Under the pieces are notes generated by a model. That model had not been told where the DNA came from and ran no database searches. It was given only the letters and a program-made list of their open reading frames with translations. From NCBI GenBank assembly GCA_977030845.1, contig OZ365112.1, positions 15,624,001 through 15,688,000 on the forward strand: a stretch of 64,000 bases of DNA. Direction: 5' to 3'. Position 1 is the first letter of the stretch; every line of letters begins with the position of its first letter. The DNA comes from Fimbriosthenelais zetlandica (taxonomy: Eukaryota). A program made the translations under genes and the position numbers. This document shows positions 1-13,425 of this stretch, piece after piece.

Positions 1-1700
1 TATCTGTTTTATCAGGGTTGAGTGTTCTCTTGGTAGTTGCACTCTTTGGATGATACAGGGTTCACACAAAGGCCGCATATTCATATTACTGTCATTGGCG
101 CATTGTTCTCCATGCACCAATCAAATAACACATTTTAATCGATGAAAATTAATAAATGATAGTCTTGAAATTAACCCACATGTCATATTTGGGACATCTT
201 TTGAAATTGCTTCCCAAAACAAAATTTGCCGATGATTCATTTCTGAATTTCTCTTTGTTTTGCCTGGTAACATTATTAATTACCAAAAAAGCATATCTTT
301 GGAATGATCTGTTTCGTGGTTTCACGAGGTAGGGGTGGGTGAGTGCTTGTTCAGCAGGACAATATCCGTCCTCAACCCACGTGCATTATAACAGTGCATT
401 CTACCACTGATCACACCAAGCAGCTCAAGGTCATTGAGAGCAGCTCACCTTTCGATGAGAATGCAAGAAATGTATGTTCTTAAAGAAACCCTGACGTGAT
501 TATTTGAGGATCAAGTGTGAGACTTTGCATTATATATATCTCTCATGTAATTCATCATTTCTTCTCACCTTTTGAAGGGTGGGAGAAAATAGGGCAAACA
601 ATGGGCAAAAGTCAAGTGGTGTGTGGTGGTCATTCATCTCCCTATGGTGCCAACTCTGTATTCTGCGGGACCTCAGTTGCCTCAAAGGTTATTAGCAGTA
701 ACAGATATAGGACTGGCCTGCACCGGTCACACGGCTGAGGACAAAGGTCCCGCCTCATGTATATATAATTCAAGGATCCAGACCCCAATACCATCAGGCC
801 ATGCTGTGTCTTTTCCTCGGACTCGTGAGAATACATGTAGTCCAGTCTCACCCAGCCCAACTTGAAGTGTTCCCTCTGCCCGCTCAGCCAAGAGTGGCGC
901 CACAGGCCTCTCCACTCACAACCTCACAGTTCCCACAGACTGTAAACATTGAAAAGATAACCCGCCCCAGGTTATAATGCCAAGTTACTATATACCTTGT
1001 ACTGTTTTTCTCTCCTTTTTATCTGTTTCCAGGCAAAATTATATTAACTGATATTTCTAATTGAAGTAAATAGCAAAAAAAGGAAAGAAACCTAATAACT
1101 CTGCTCTTATTTATATTGTTGAGGAGATATATTTTTACTGGATTTTAAAAAATTGTTCTCTTTTTTTAGTGCTCCATGCATTTATGTCTGCTTTTATATC
1201 AGAACACTCAAATACCCACATGCGCACCAATTTGGTGCAGTATTTTTGTCTGTGTTTATCTATCAAGCTCTCGACTGCTCTTGAAAGCTTGTGCTTGACT
1301 GTACTTGTCTCTTCCTTGCCATCTTCTCTCTTTTACAGCTAGCAGTAGCAAATTGAACCATTCAAATCAAATGTTTTCTTCTAATTTATTAACATTGTAC
1401 CGTAGGGATAGCTCTAAAAGCATTGAGTGACTTGAAGAAACTTCATGATCGCCCCACCCACATTCTCCATCCATATTCTTCATCATGGGCTGACAATTTC
1501 AAAATTGTTTTAATCCAATTTTTTACCATTTATTCCCGTGTCAATGTATTTGTTGAGCAACTTAACGGATGGCATTAAACTCATCCCCCTCTTTAAATCA
1601 TTCATCATTTCAATTAAATTTGAATGATTAATGATGACCATTATTCATATCCTCTACTGTTATTGCAAACAAATGAAAAATTCAATCCAGTCAGTCCTAC

Positions 1701-1900
1701 TTAAAGGCACCACTCAACTCAAGAATATTTTAAAATCAAGATGTACTGGAAAAAACGCCTAAAATTGCTTGAAGAAGTGCTAACTGAAAATTAATGTTTC
1801 ATATTATGAGACAATGTACGAAAATGGTCATACAAAGCAGTGGGCAGCCAGAGGTCTCCTATCTTTGGAGCCATCTTATATAGACACGCCCCCTGGTCCC
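1701..1900 (+). mobile_element. Possible non-autonomous DNA transposon end (TTAA|AGG, Kolobok-like)
   Basis: Starts ttaaaggcaccactc, the TTAA-RR junction typical of Kolobok-type elements, followed by gccatctt and cgccccctgg motifs. I did not find the partner terminal inverted repeat. Confidence 0.25.
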
Positions 1901-3344
1901 TCCAAATACTTTAACCCTGACAAATACAGTTATAAAAGTTCCCCTATGTACCAAAAACCACAGATAAAATATGTTGGCTGAACAAGGAGCGTAGCATTTG
2001 CTGTCCTGGATGTGTCAGCTTCACTTTGTTATAGAGAAGGAATTCATATCTCCCAACTCTTACTAATACCGCCATGCCTCGCCCAGAGACATTTTTTAGC
2101 CACGAGGGGTCTTTATATTTGTCCAATAGCTTTAGCGATTTACAATCCCTACCCAGACTTCTCCGCAGCACGATGTGCTTTCTTCCAATCGTTATCGTTC
2201 CCAGCTGAATTGGTCTTGTTTAAGCCAAGGTATTATTTTATAATATAGTGTTTTTAATATTGCTCTTAATTCTAATGGAGGGGCAAGGGGTATGTGCATT
2301 GAAGTAAAGTTAGCTGGAATTGTAAACGTATTCGAGATCCACGATTAAACATAGTTCCATATCGGATTTTAAAAGATATATAAGTCTAGCCATCAGCCAA
2401 TCTATTTCACCTTTGGGATTTGAAAAAAATCAATTGATATCAGTCCATTCGATAAAAGGCTTAGTGAATTCCCACTCTCATGGGAGTCTCATATATGTAC
2501 CAGTTTTTCATCTATATTTTGGAGTGACATCTTTAAGCCTTAATTGATGAGTTATAATTGATAGCACCCTCCTAGTTTCCTCTTGAGTCTAGTTTCTGCA
2601 TTGAAAATTTTTGATGATCGCATATATAGATATTACTTATAAAAGATGTAACTCTTTTCAAAAAATCATATTCAAATGAAATATTTAAAAGCTGCTGCTG
2701 AAGTTCACTCAGAACAAATGGTATCATTAATTTTTGTCTCCTGCCCATAGATATTGATCTGTCCCACAACTTGCATCTACCATAAAATCGATTTGTCCTA
2801 TGTTTCTCCATAGGGAGGGCCAGGCCCGTACGCGTATTGGCCGATCACGAATATAATGCCTTTACTTCCATCCATCATCGGCCTTCCCTCTGCCCCCTTC
2901 TTTGATCCCACTTCTGATAAAGGGAAATTTACAATGCCTCTCAATCTCTACTCCCCATATGTCTTCCTGGCCCAGCTGCAGAAATAAATCAAAAGAACAG
3001 TCAGAAGTGGTATTTTCAAGTTGGTTTATCTTATCAAGTTAACTTGTTTAGTTACCAAAGTTTTCTTTTGAGATATTTGACTCTAGAAATTCATATAGGC
3101 CTACTTAAGTTAACCGTTTTTACGACTTACGTTTGACAGAAGAGCCCTGTGAAGTACAAGTGAAGTCATTAGGTCAAGTCTCAAATTTTTCAATGACTAC
3201 AGAATATATTTCTGATAAAAGATACATTTTAAAATGCATTGGAAACCCATTTGTTGGAAGGTCTATTGTGGTATCCATTTATGATATTTTTATAGGTGTG
3301 ATCGTATCTCTTCTCAATCCGTTTTCTTATCTTTCTGTCAACAG

Positions 3345-3440
3345 CCCATCAATCAAATCACTGCCCATCAATCCATCAATTGTCCACTCATCCATCCATC
3401 CATGCGTCTGTCCTCATATGCATTCATCCATTCAACCATG
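3345..3440. repeat. Degenerate (TCCA)n microsatellite
   Basis: ccatcaatccatcaattgtccactcatccatccatccatgc...cattcatccattcaacc. Explains the H/P/S/I-rich ORF 3133..3513. Confidence 0.8.
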
Positions 3441-4961
3441 TAGTGGCCAATTTCAGTCTACGTTCTTGTTCATTTCTTTTTCTACAACCCTTCCATTCTT
3501 AAAAGCCCAATAGTACAATGTACATTTAACTATTGTTTACAGAATACTGTATCATAAACCCTTACTCTTTATACCCCAAGGTCCCCATGTACCCTCACTT
3601 TCCTCCTATCCAGTCAGCCTTACGTTTCATAATTCCCCATTCACCATAACTTGAGATGATAAACTCAATTACACCAACAGAAGGGCTGATTTAAACAACT
3701 TTACATAGGCCCAGTGAGAATAGGCTAGTAACAAGCAGCCATTCAACCTTCCCTCTCTGCCATGGCTCTGGGTTATTGTATTGGGAGAGATCGATTTGCT
3801 AATGATTAAGTTACGTCACTTGAAGCAAACAACAAACAATAATTGGACCCGCTTGCCGTCCATGATCGATGGGTGTCGAGGGAGGAAGCAGTGCTTGGAA
3901 TATTTCTCCAAATCACAACTGAAGCTGATTGGAACTTACAATCCGGCCTGCCAATATAAAAACATATACCCGAGGTGGAAAAGCTCCACAGAATGTGCTG
4001 CTCCCTTGATTTATAGACCTCAAACACATGCCACTGTACGCAAGAAAAAGCTTTTTCCATATTGCACAGATCTAATTCAGTCTCTTGCTACCCAAATATA
4101 TGGGCCTTTGATCAATTCATCTTACGAACTTTTCGCTTTAGCCTGAATATCGGTATAGATCATAAGTGTTTGAACTCTTTCCATTTATACCAAGAGTGTA
4201 TCTTGAAAGCATGCTCTCTTTCATGGTATCGATCTATAATCAGCAAACCTCATAGTTCAGAAGTCTTGTAGGCGCTCTCCATTTGACATTTTGGATGGAT
4301 TGACTTTTTACTGTTAAATTTCCTCCTTCAGTTTTTAAGAATTTGAACGATTGTGAATCCTTTTGGATAATTGTGCCGTCATATTTTTTCCCTTCTGTAG
4401 TTTTTATCTGAGGCTGAACATGCCAGTTTCTCCTTGTGTTTCAAACCACATTCTGTTGATACAAAAAAAATAGCAAAGAAATGTTGGAGAAAATAATCCC
4501 CTGGCTAATAGCAGGCGATAGCAGATTGCTGCTTTGACTGACTTTTTGAAAGTTATACCTATTAGTAGCACAGTAACTGAATCTGACTCTGAGGCAGGGA
4601 GAGATTAGCAAAGGCTTTGTCTTTATCTCCTCCTATCTACATTGTGTATACCTTACCTTTCTCTGTGCCCAACCTGATATACTTTGTGTGGCAACACCCA
4701 TCTCAATTCCTCCACAGAATAACACCTCCTTCCCTTTAAAAAGTTAGAAAACATTGTACTTTGACACTATTCCAAACCACCTAAATCATTTTCTGAATCT
4801 TTACATAAAATTATCATTATTTCTTGAACTAATACTGTGCTAAAATTGTTTTTGATTTCGTACGAATTCTTCTATGATCCATAGTAAAAGAGCTGGAGCC
4901 TTTGACAGAGCATTCTGTGTATGAATTCATTAAAATTAAAAATTCATGTTTTGAATTACAG

Positions 4962-5215
4962 GTCCGGGAGCTTACAACGTACCAGGCATGGGGTCTGACA
5001 GTTTGCGAAGGGCTTACATTGAAAGTACAAGGAGGGGAGTGTTTGGAACGACATCTGTGAGAATTAAACCCATGACTAAAGTTCAGGACATGGAGCTGCC
5101 TGGTCCAGGACATTACCAGCCTAAAGAAAAGCCATACAAACCTCGTTACCAGCAGCCCTCCTCTACCTTCGCCTCCCTGAGCAACAGACTAACTGATCAG
5201 CCTACAGGAATCAAG
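4962..5215 (+). CDS. STPG2: STPG2 internal coding exon (phase 1 to phase 0)
   Basis: Acceptor ttacag|GT at 4961 and donor AAG|gtaaat at 5216. Translates (G)PGAYNVPGMGSDSLRRAYIESTRRGVFGTTSVRIKPMTKVQDMELPGPGHYQPKEKPYKPRYQQPSSTFASLSNRLTDQPTGIK, with two PGPGxY sperm-tail repeats. Confidence 0.95.
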
Positions 5216-5799
5216 GTAAATTTTTAAAAAAAAATTATTCTTGACAATATACATTGAAGATTACTTATTCACTAATTTCTTTCAATGTTTTCGGGGGGAC
5301 AAAAGCGTTTGTCTGGATATTACGGTGCCAATTTTGATATCTTATGAAATCGCATTTTTATTATGTGCAATATATTATCCAAGCCTCCAAGGATTTATGT
5401 TTGGAAAAATGCAAGTATTTTTGAAAAATGTGCACTCTTCATACTTTGACTTATTGGAAGACGAAGTGCCATTGAAAACTTTGCGTCAATTTGGCAATTG
5501 GTTTTGAATTAAACATTTTAAGCTTGATTCAAGCACCTCCACCCTTTCAGAGTGACAGGCCATTATTTTTCAACTTGTCACTTTGTCTGTACTGCAGCAT
5601 GTGTTTTATCTAGCTCAACCCAGCCTTGGATCCAGTTTGCTTCTCAAGGATCCTTGATACAAACTGGCAAGCTTGGCATATAATTATATATTTCCATATC
5701 TTCTCTCCAAGCATCAAAGGTTACTTCTGCATGTCGTTGCATTCTTTACATTCCTCATCCACTTTGAAAAGTCAGCTCGAATGAAAGCTTGTTACAAAA

Positions 5800-6240
5800 A
5801 TGACTTTGGTGAAAATATCGTTAGAAAGGACAGCTTTCGTGCTGGGCTTTTACAGAGATGGACTGGGTGAAACAAGCCTTTCTTTCAGGTGCATACCAGA
5901 CCTTTCCCAAGTGATCAGATCAAATCACTTATCTGGCCACACATGTCCCATCCTCACCCATTCACCTGTAATGGCTGCTGACTGGGTGCGGTCATACATT
6001 ACAACTTATCACTGCATACCACAAAGACCCTCCACTCCAGGTGGCCAGCTAAACATTCATTATAGATCCACCTGATAGACGTAAGACCTTCCATTAATAC
6101 TACACGCCTTCACGTCATCATTGAAAGACTTCAATCCTATCTTGGATCCCGCCAGTCCCCACAATAGATCTGAATGTATCATAATGCGTCCCTCAAAAGC
6201 CATCCACCCATGCATGAGACCTGCGCTGTTTTTAACAGGC
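5800..6240 (+). mobile_element. Decayed Gypsy-type integrase N-terminal fragment
   Basis: One frame, interrupted by stops, gives ordered motifs FYRDGL..RCIP..VIRSNHLSGH..MAADWVRSYITTYHC..PGGQL..DLP..RPSKAIHP. These resemble Gypsy integrase (DGLLY..RLCIP..H..GH..M..DV..YI.TC..C..G.L.P..RFSKA.HF). Confidence 0.45.
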
Positions 6241-9200
6241 GTTTCTCCCCTCCTTTTCATTCGTGAAAGAACTTTTTTGCCGTTTGTATTTCTTTTTGCC
6301 TTCCTTTATGATTTGCTTGGGATCGTGTTAGCAATAGTGTAAATATGCCGTCACGAAAATTACCCATTAGTCAAGTCCACAGTTGACATGCAAAGAAAAA
6401 CAAAGCGTGAAGGAGTGCATGCTGAAACGGATCATATAGATGAGCATTCTATCCTCCAGATGTGTGCCTACTTCACTATTGAAGCGGAATGATTCATTGT
6501 TCTCCTATATCACAATGTCATCCATTCGGATTGAGATCTAGTGGAATATTATGCTAATTCTTGGAATGAAACTGAGATGTTTCCAAAAGGCTACATCCTT
6601 CTTCAGGACTGTTAAGAATTCTGAGAGAAACAAAAAAGTCTTTTTCACATTGTCTGGATATAGTTCACATTTTACCAATCGCCCCTCCCAAGGATGATCT
6701 CATTCCTTGGATCCCTTGAATCCCTTCGTTGGCATTGACCCTCCTTTTCCCACCCCGGCCAAGCATCCCCATGCATGGACTCCTGGCGAACCCAAATTAT
6801 ACAGTCACTTCCCAATAAAACGCCCCTCTCAAGTTCCAGCAAGTTGTAAACGACCTAGCATGAATCCAGCGTGTAAAGGAGGGGCATTCTCTTGTGATCA
6901 CACTGTATCTCTGTACTGCCTCTATCGACTTGCCAGTCATTTTTACCATGCCTCTTATCCCACGCCAATCAGGCTTACAGATAGGAGCCGGCCTAGGGCC
7001 AATTGCGGCCAAATGTAAAGGCGAGATGGAGGCTGTGAAATAACGCGCCACTTCTTTATGAACAAGTGGACGTTCGTTTGATGACTGGTTGACCTTGGTG
7101 GAGCGGGCCTGGCCGCCACTATCTCACATATTCTATGTAGGTCTGCTGCCCGCCTAATCTGATGCTGACCTTGGTCGCGGATCCCACTGATTGTCCTCTT
7201 GGATCCTCGCTGGATCAGTCTTTGATCTGAGGGCATCGTTACTCCAGTTATACAGCCCCTCTGCCCTGACCCTTATCTTTTTCTCCTCCAGGAGAAGGGA
7301 ACATTTCATAAATAAAATGAAGAACTGAACTTTGTGACACTCATGACCTTTTCTAACATAGCTATATTTGCATATACTCACATTTTCAATTCTTGAGAAG
7401 AAAATGTTTAATTTGAGATCTTCTGCTTCCCTTTGTGCTGCATCTACTGTTTTTTATTCCAAGCCCAATCTCTGGTAATGCCTTATCTGTGGATCAGGAA
7501 TGTGCTACTTAAAATTCCCCCGGCGTAGGAGATTCCTGGCAGATCGGGATCCAATAGGGATCCTGATCATAATCGCCTACTCTTTACTGAGCTTCTACCC
7601 CTACTTACTACACTCAATATTAATCCCCCATGGATAAAACAAACCTTATATGTTCTTTTCTTCCCTATTATGGACCAAATCAATCTGATACCATTTGTCT
7701 GCAGCCTGTTTGTGTGTATTCTAATGGTAGAATGGTCCATATCTACGGAGAAAAAAACTTGAGTCATGTCATGCATAGAGGGACATGCACATCTTCGATC
7801 TGAGTTTTATAGATGAGAGAAGAGAGACACTTGTGGTGGACTAACCACGCATGTCAGATGGCATGTATGACGAATAAAAAAAAAAGATTCCTCCGCCTTC
7901 TCTGGATGGGACAATCTTGTGTATAGGCAGTGTTTGAATCAAGCAACAGTCTTGGTAGTCATGGAAACTGGATGATGACTCATGCCTGGTATTAGATACT
8001 ATCAGTCAGATCCTGGGGGCACCAAGATAACAATGAGTGATCTACCCGCCACGGTTGACAACGCCTCTACCGGCCTCCCCCTTCACTCAAGCTTGCAGCT
8101 TTAAGAACAGACTAGGCCCTTCACATTTTTGCGCGCTTTTTGATGGAGCCGCTAGATTAAGGGTGGATCTACTTGGGTTAAAAATGCACCCTTGAATGGT
8201 CGTAATGAAGAAACTATTCAAATCTTAGTTTTCCATTAAAGAACGAGGGATTCAAATGGATTAAGAGCAATTTTATCCCAGAAGCATTGGCTCCTGAAGA
8301 CTCCAATTTGAAAGGAACACGGTTAATCAGTTGTTTGTTTTTTAACCTGTGGTCGGAGCTTTAACATAATTGGTCTGTAAAAATGCTGGGAAATGGCTGC
8401 GGAAATGTTGGTTTGGATTGACAGTGTAAAGCTGAGCAAGGAGGATTTCTCCTTGGAATAGAGACATAATCTGTGCACGCTGAGCTGCTTGTTTTTTGCC
8501 ACCATGATGGAGAATAACCCAGCAGGAAATGGTACTTTTATCTCCCCTTGTTTCTTTCTGGGGTCTCATCCGGACTACGACAAAGCGACCGGCGGAAACT
8601 GATTTTATCGCCTAGCGACCTTTTATTTTCGCCTTTTCTTATTATCCCCACTTTCCCGGCACTAACTCCCTGGAAGTGGGAGATGCGAGTGTGCATTGTT
8701 TCCTATCTAGAAAAGGAGATGTATTCTTTGCGGGGATAAATCGCCTACACCGTTAGGCAATCTATTGGCTTTGATAATTCACTTGTCTCGAGGAGGACCC
8801 AGGGGGACCTCGATTGCTGTCCGAGGATGTATTTGCCTTCATTTATTTCTCGTTGAGGCCATCTTAGAGCCGGCCAAGGCCATCCAGCCAATCGCGTGCC
8901 AATGGGATTTACTAGTTCCACCTTCTCCTTTTTTTGCTGGTCCCCATTCTCTAACCCATAGAGCTGCTGATCCAGGGAGGGGCTGGGGTTCGGAGTTTGG
9001 TTGTCTCTATGTCTTAAATCCCCCACCGTGAACTTCCCAAACACAGCAAGACAGGAAATTGGATCTTCCTGCAAAAAGGAAGAAGAATTAATCAAGGAAA
9101 TAGCAAAAACTGTATGATCATAATTAGTATTTTGAGACTTCGCAGGTCATGAACACGAGCAAGAGAAACTTGAATATAACTCTGGACAAAGAGAATATAT

Positions 9201-12200
9201 GTTCTAGGGACCACTAAAGCAGCCTAATCCTTTGTCCTCCGTGATATACCATTTATCTCGTGTTCTGCGAGTCACGTGATTCATGGCGAGATTTGGCGAG
9301 AGATTGTTGGCGGTGTAGCGACCATTGGTAGTGGATTTATACCAGCAGTAACTTGTGATGGGAGATAGGTCAATGGCTGTGTGTGCTTCTCCTAGGTCAT
9401 GCACTGCATATTATGCATTCTGACAAGATGAGTTCTGCACTGAATTATTTTGTTAATGAAATCTCCGGCACGGGCACTCTGGAGATAAACCGTATTGGTA
9501 TACATATTTCCATTAATTGGGATCACAAGCGAGGGCCTCTAATCAGAGATATGGGATTATTATGCAGGACTATTTGGGTTGATGTAAATGCACCTAAACC
9601 ATTGGACTGATGTATCGATGCAGCATGTCTCTATGGCAATATGATAGGCTGTTCTCCAGTCATATATGATTGCCATAACACACTGATATGCATATACAGA
9701 AGAACCATTTTATATGAGTTTGTTTGGTGGGAAACTGTTTACGCTCACCTTTCATAGGCATACTGAACCATGAATCAAAAAGGCTGGTGATGAATTATTG
9801 TGAGCTCCACTGTGAAAAAGTGAGAAATTGATGCGCAGGAAAGCAGTTCAAAGGCTGTTACGCTGATTACAGCTGACTTCAATTTCTCGTCACGTATGAA
9901 GCCTAAGCCTTGGAACCACAATATATAATTTACGGTGACATTTAGTTCTCAAAGGGCCATTTGAAGCCAAGTCTATACAGTAAAAAGCTAAGCTGTTAAT
10001 TTATCACCTGCTGCTTGAAATAAACTGCCTTTTTCCTCTAAAAAAGTTTCTTTAGGCATATGGCTTGAAAACTTTGGTTTAAACGACAGGTGGATGGGAA
10101 GAAACAGATTAATGTTTCCAAGTAACTGCCGGAGAAAAAAAATATTTAAAAAAAAAAAACTAAAAAAAAAACTAGATATATAGAAATACCCTCTAGTCAG
10201 GCTCATTTGACCTCAAAAGACCTATCAAGGCGTACATGTACAAGCATTGGAGATCGAAAATGAATTTTAATTTGGATACTATCTGCCACTGACCACTCCC
10301 TTCATGTACATGCATGTATATGGAAATTGACTTCAAGGCCCTTCTTTGGATCAAACAGACATGTCCAGTTGTGTGCCGCATACCATGAATTGCATGTTCT
10401 TAAAAGCATGCCAGTGGAATAAGTATATACTTTGTTTCTGTTTCACCCCGGCTCTTCCATCTGTCTCCTGGCTCGGCCTTTGATAAAAACCAGCGTTGTT
10501 CTCCGTCGATTGCCACTGTACGGGCCATCACAAACAGGGCCACATTTGTGTGATGCTGTCACTGGCAATGGTAATGGTTGGTCAAGTGTGCCCTTGGGAC
10601 CCTCAGTCCAAGGCCCTCAACAAGCACTGGCTAAAGTGGCCTTCCATTAGCCATGATGGTAGCCTGTGTTCTCAAAGACATCGTGGCATCACTTGGCATC
10701 GGATGTTCGGACAGGAGGCATTCATGAGAAAGAAATTTATGTCCTGGGAATATACAGTTTTTTTTTCTTCTTGGTTTTATTTCACCCTTTATTCACTTGT
10801 GGTTTGCATCACCAGAGCTCTCCAAAATTTAAGCTGATAGGCGGAGCTTTTTATGCATAAGATCTTCCTCTCCCAAGAGGTTTGGAATTCAATTCTTTAG
10901 AGTTAATGTTTTAAAGAATTGCCACTCTTGTGGCATAGGAATCTTTGAAGATAGTCATGGAAATAAATCATATGACAGAAGGAGGCACTTAGGTCCTATA
11001 TGAAAGATGAATGGCCTGGCAGCTTGTAGTCCCATCTTTCAGTTTATGCTTTCTATTGATCTTAAATATCTCGTAAATCTATTCTTTCATATATATAAAT
11101 CGCCTTGCCATGGCTCGAGGGCATCACAGATGTCTCTATGTGCTTTTAAAAGGGGGTCTCTTCCTCTGGCATTTATAAATCACTTTTGATACTTTTCGTA
11201 TCAAAGTACTTATTAATGGACCCAAAAAGTCCGGCCCTGTTTACTGGAAATAGTTTCAAGATGACTTGTGTACCAGTTTGGACATTCTTGCCATGGATCC
11301 ATTCCTTTCCCTGTTTCCCATGTAATTTTAACTTTTCCTCTTTAAAGAAAACACACTTAACTTGTGCATTCATCAGTTGAATTCATTTGGAAATTACAAA
11401 TGACATTAAATAGCGCGAAATGGCAAAATAACTCAACGACCTTTCTCCACCAAACAAATTGAAAAGACCAATCCCCAGATAAAATTAATTTCACTTGGAT
11501 ATTTTGAGTTATATCATTAAGAATTGCATTGAAGGCTTATTTCTGCATACCCTTTCTTTCTTCCATCAAGATTTTTTTAAATGGATAAATAAATAGTAAA
11601 AGAAAGAGGATGCTGGGAGAGAAGGAAGAAGAAGTAGCAGGTCGACCATTGCTGCCTAATTACACCAAACAATTTGCTCTGCATGAACAAGCCGCATGCT
11701 CTTCAATGCACATCAGAAATCAATCCCCAAATCCAATAAAGACCCATTATATGCTTGTTTTCTTACTGATTAAAAAGCACGAGTTTCAACCCATGCCCTT
11801 CCCTTCCCACTGACAGCAATTGCAAAGGATTCAATAAGTTCTCTTTTAGTGGGTATTTCTGCAGCCCTGGTTCATTGGTCCTCAATGCATAGATCTGAAG
11901 CTCATGATACTAACCTGGCAATTCTTTAAGCTTATCTGTAGTTTTGACATTTCGATCAGGCTCTTGTTGGGCGTGAAAGGAAACAAGGGGATATATGCAG
12001 TGGCGTAATGTCCCACCTTTTATACGTCCATGCAATAAGCACCCCATGCACCCATTGCTCCCAATTACCCATGTTTGGCCTGGAACCTTTCTTATCATGA
12101 TCTGAGCAAATGAGAAAGCCTCTACTTTACAGCCACTTGGCCAGCCTTTTACCCTGGAGATCTATAGTAGCTTGATTTAAGACAGTAGCCGCTGGCTTCA

Positions 12201-12721
12201 TGCAGCTATTACATGATGCAGGAAATGCCTATATGACAGACCCTGGAGTAATAACATTGAGACATGCATTGTGTGGGCAATCGCGGGCTATCATTCTTAT
12301 CAGATAGCTGATCAGGCCTTGGTGCACGACTTCATCCCTCACCACAGTTACCCTCGATGGGAAACAAAACATATTGCTTTTCCATCCCAGCAGGAGTCAA
12401 TTTTTTCACAATATCTGCCATGATATTGCCTTTGGTATAGAATAAGAAAAACATTTCATCTTTCATATTTCATCAGTCTAAAAGATGAAGAGGAAGATTT
12501 GAATAGAACCAGTGAATAGAACTTTAGAAGGACTGAAATGTATATGATAAAATGGAAGCCGTCCCTTATAACAAATGCTTTCTGGAAGGAAGGAATGGCA
12601 AAAGTTTTTTCTTTTTATATTTTGTTCCAGTTTTGCCGAGATAATGAAGTTAAGGCTCAGCATGGAATTGAATAATGTTTACTTCCATTCAGCCAAAATG
12701 ATGCTTGCTGATTAGCCTGGG

Positions 12722-12795
12722 CACTTCCGGTCGCATTTCCGGTCTGAAGGCGATGCAGTGTGGCACCAGATGGAGCCGGTGTTGCCATGGCTCCA
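12722..12795. promoter_or_regulatory. Candidate cis-regulatory element: tandem ETS sites and an RFX-like half site
   Basis: cacttccggt (12722) and catttccggt (12734) are 12 bp apart. gttgccatgg at 12781 is flanked by the inverted repeat tggagcc/ggctcca. Confidence 0.35.
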
Positions 12796-13199
12796 GAAAG
12801 CGGACGCTGGGCCACAAAATAAAACCAGATAATGTATCCCTGTTTGCATTTTGGGCGGGCTGATTTGCCTTGGCCGCTCGATATTGTAATGGATTTGACA
12901 TTGAAGTATGTTTGCTGTGTAGGGGGATGGCCTCACCGTGGAAATGCAGACATATGCCATTGCTACTTCTCTCTGTTACTGATAATAATGGAAGCAAAAC
13001 ATGTGTCTTGGATCTGTACGACCCAGGGCCACACGCAGTCACCAATGACATGCCAATTCATTACATCAACCCACCATTCAAAGAATTAAAAGTACATTTT
13101 ACTTTCCCAAAAGAATCAGAGTGAACATGAAGAAAGGTCAGGTAACCAATCAAAAGCTGAGCTCCACATGCAATGGTGGAGCAAAAAAGGTGAAAAGTG

Positions 13200-13425
13200 G
13201 GAGGGTTTTGAGAAAGTGTGATCGAAAACAAAGGTGCCGTTTCCAAATGGGAACGCTCCTGGCCCAGACTGGCTGTGGATAATGCTTGCAGACCTCGATG
13301 ACATTTCCAATTCTAGGCTTCCATGTGAAACTGAGAAAGGGGAATGTGCGATTCCCCACAAAACCGGTTCTTACTGTCAAAGGCAATTAGCATCACTTGA
13401 GCAGAGCTTGGACTGGAATGAATAA
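13200..13425 (+). mobile_element. Decayed non-LTR (LINE) reverse transcriptase N-terminal fragment
   Basis: GNAPGPDWL followed by SRLPCETEKGECAIPHKTGSYCQRQLASL. This matches the order of the LINE motifs K.APGPDG, LP.EWK.A...PIHK.G and NYRPISL. Confidence 0.5.

Noticed and set aside
1884-1980. TPPGPSKYFNP after a tag acceptor, as an extra STPG2 exon
   Set aside because: The frame hits TGA with no usable donor. The PPGP comes from the CTCF-like cgccccctggtcc motif.
1944-2171. KLTHPGQQMLRSL as a BEL/Pao integrase HHCC region
   Set aside because: Only one short motif, with no HPIILP, YW or CxxC at the expected distances.
9786-9875. Box C/D snoRNA-like GTGATGA...CTGA
   Set aside because: Weak terminal stem, no recognisable rRNA guide, and STPG2 is an unlikely host gene.
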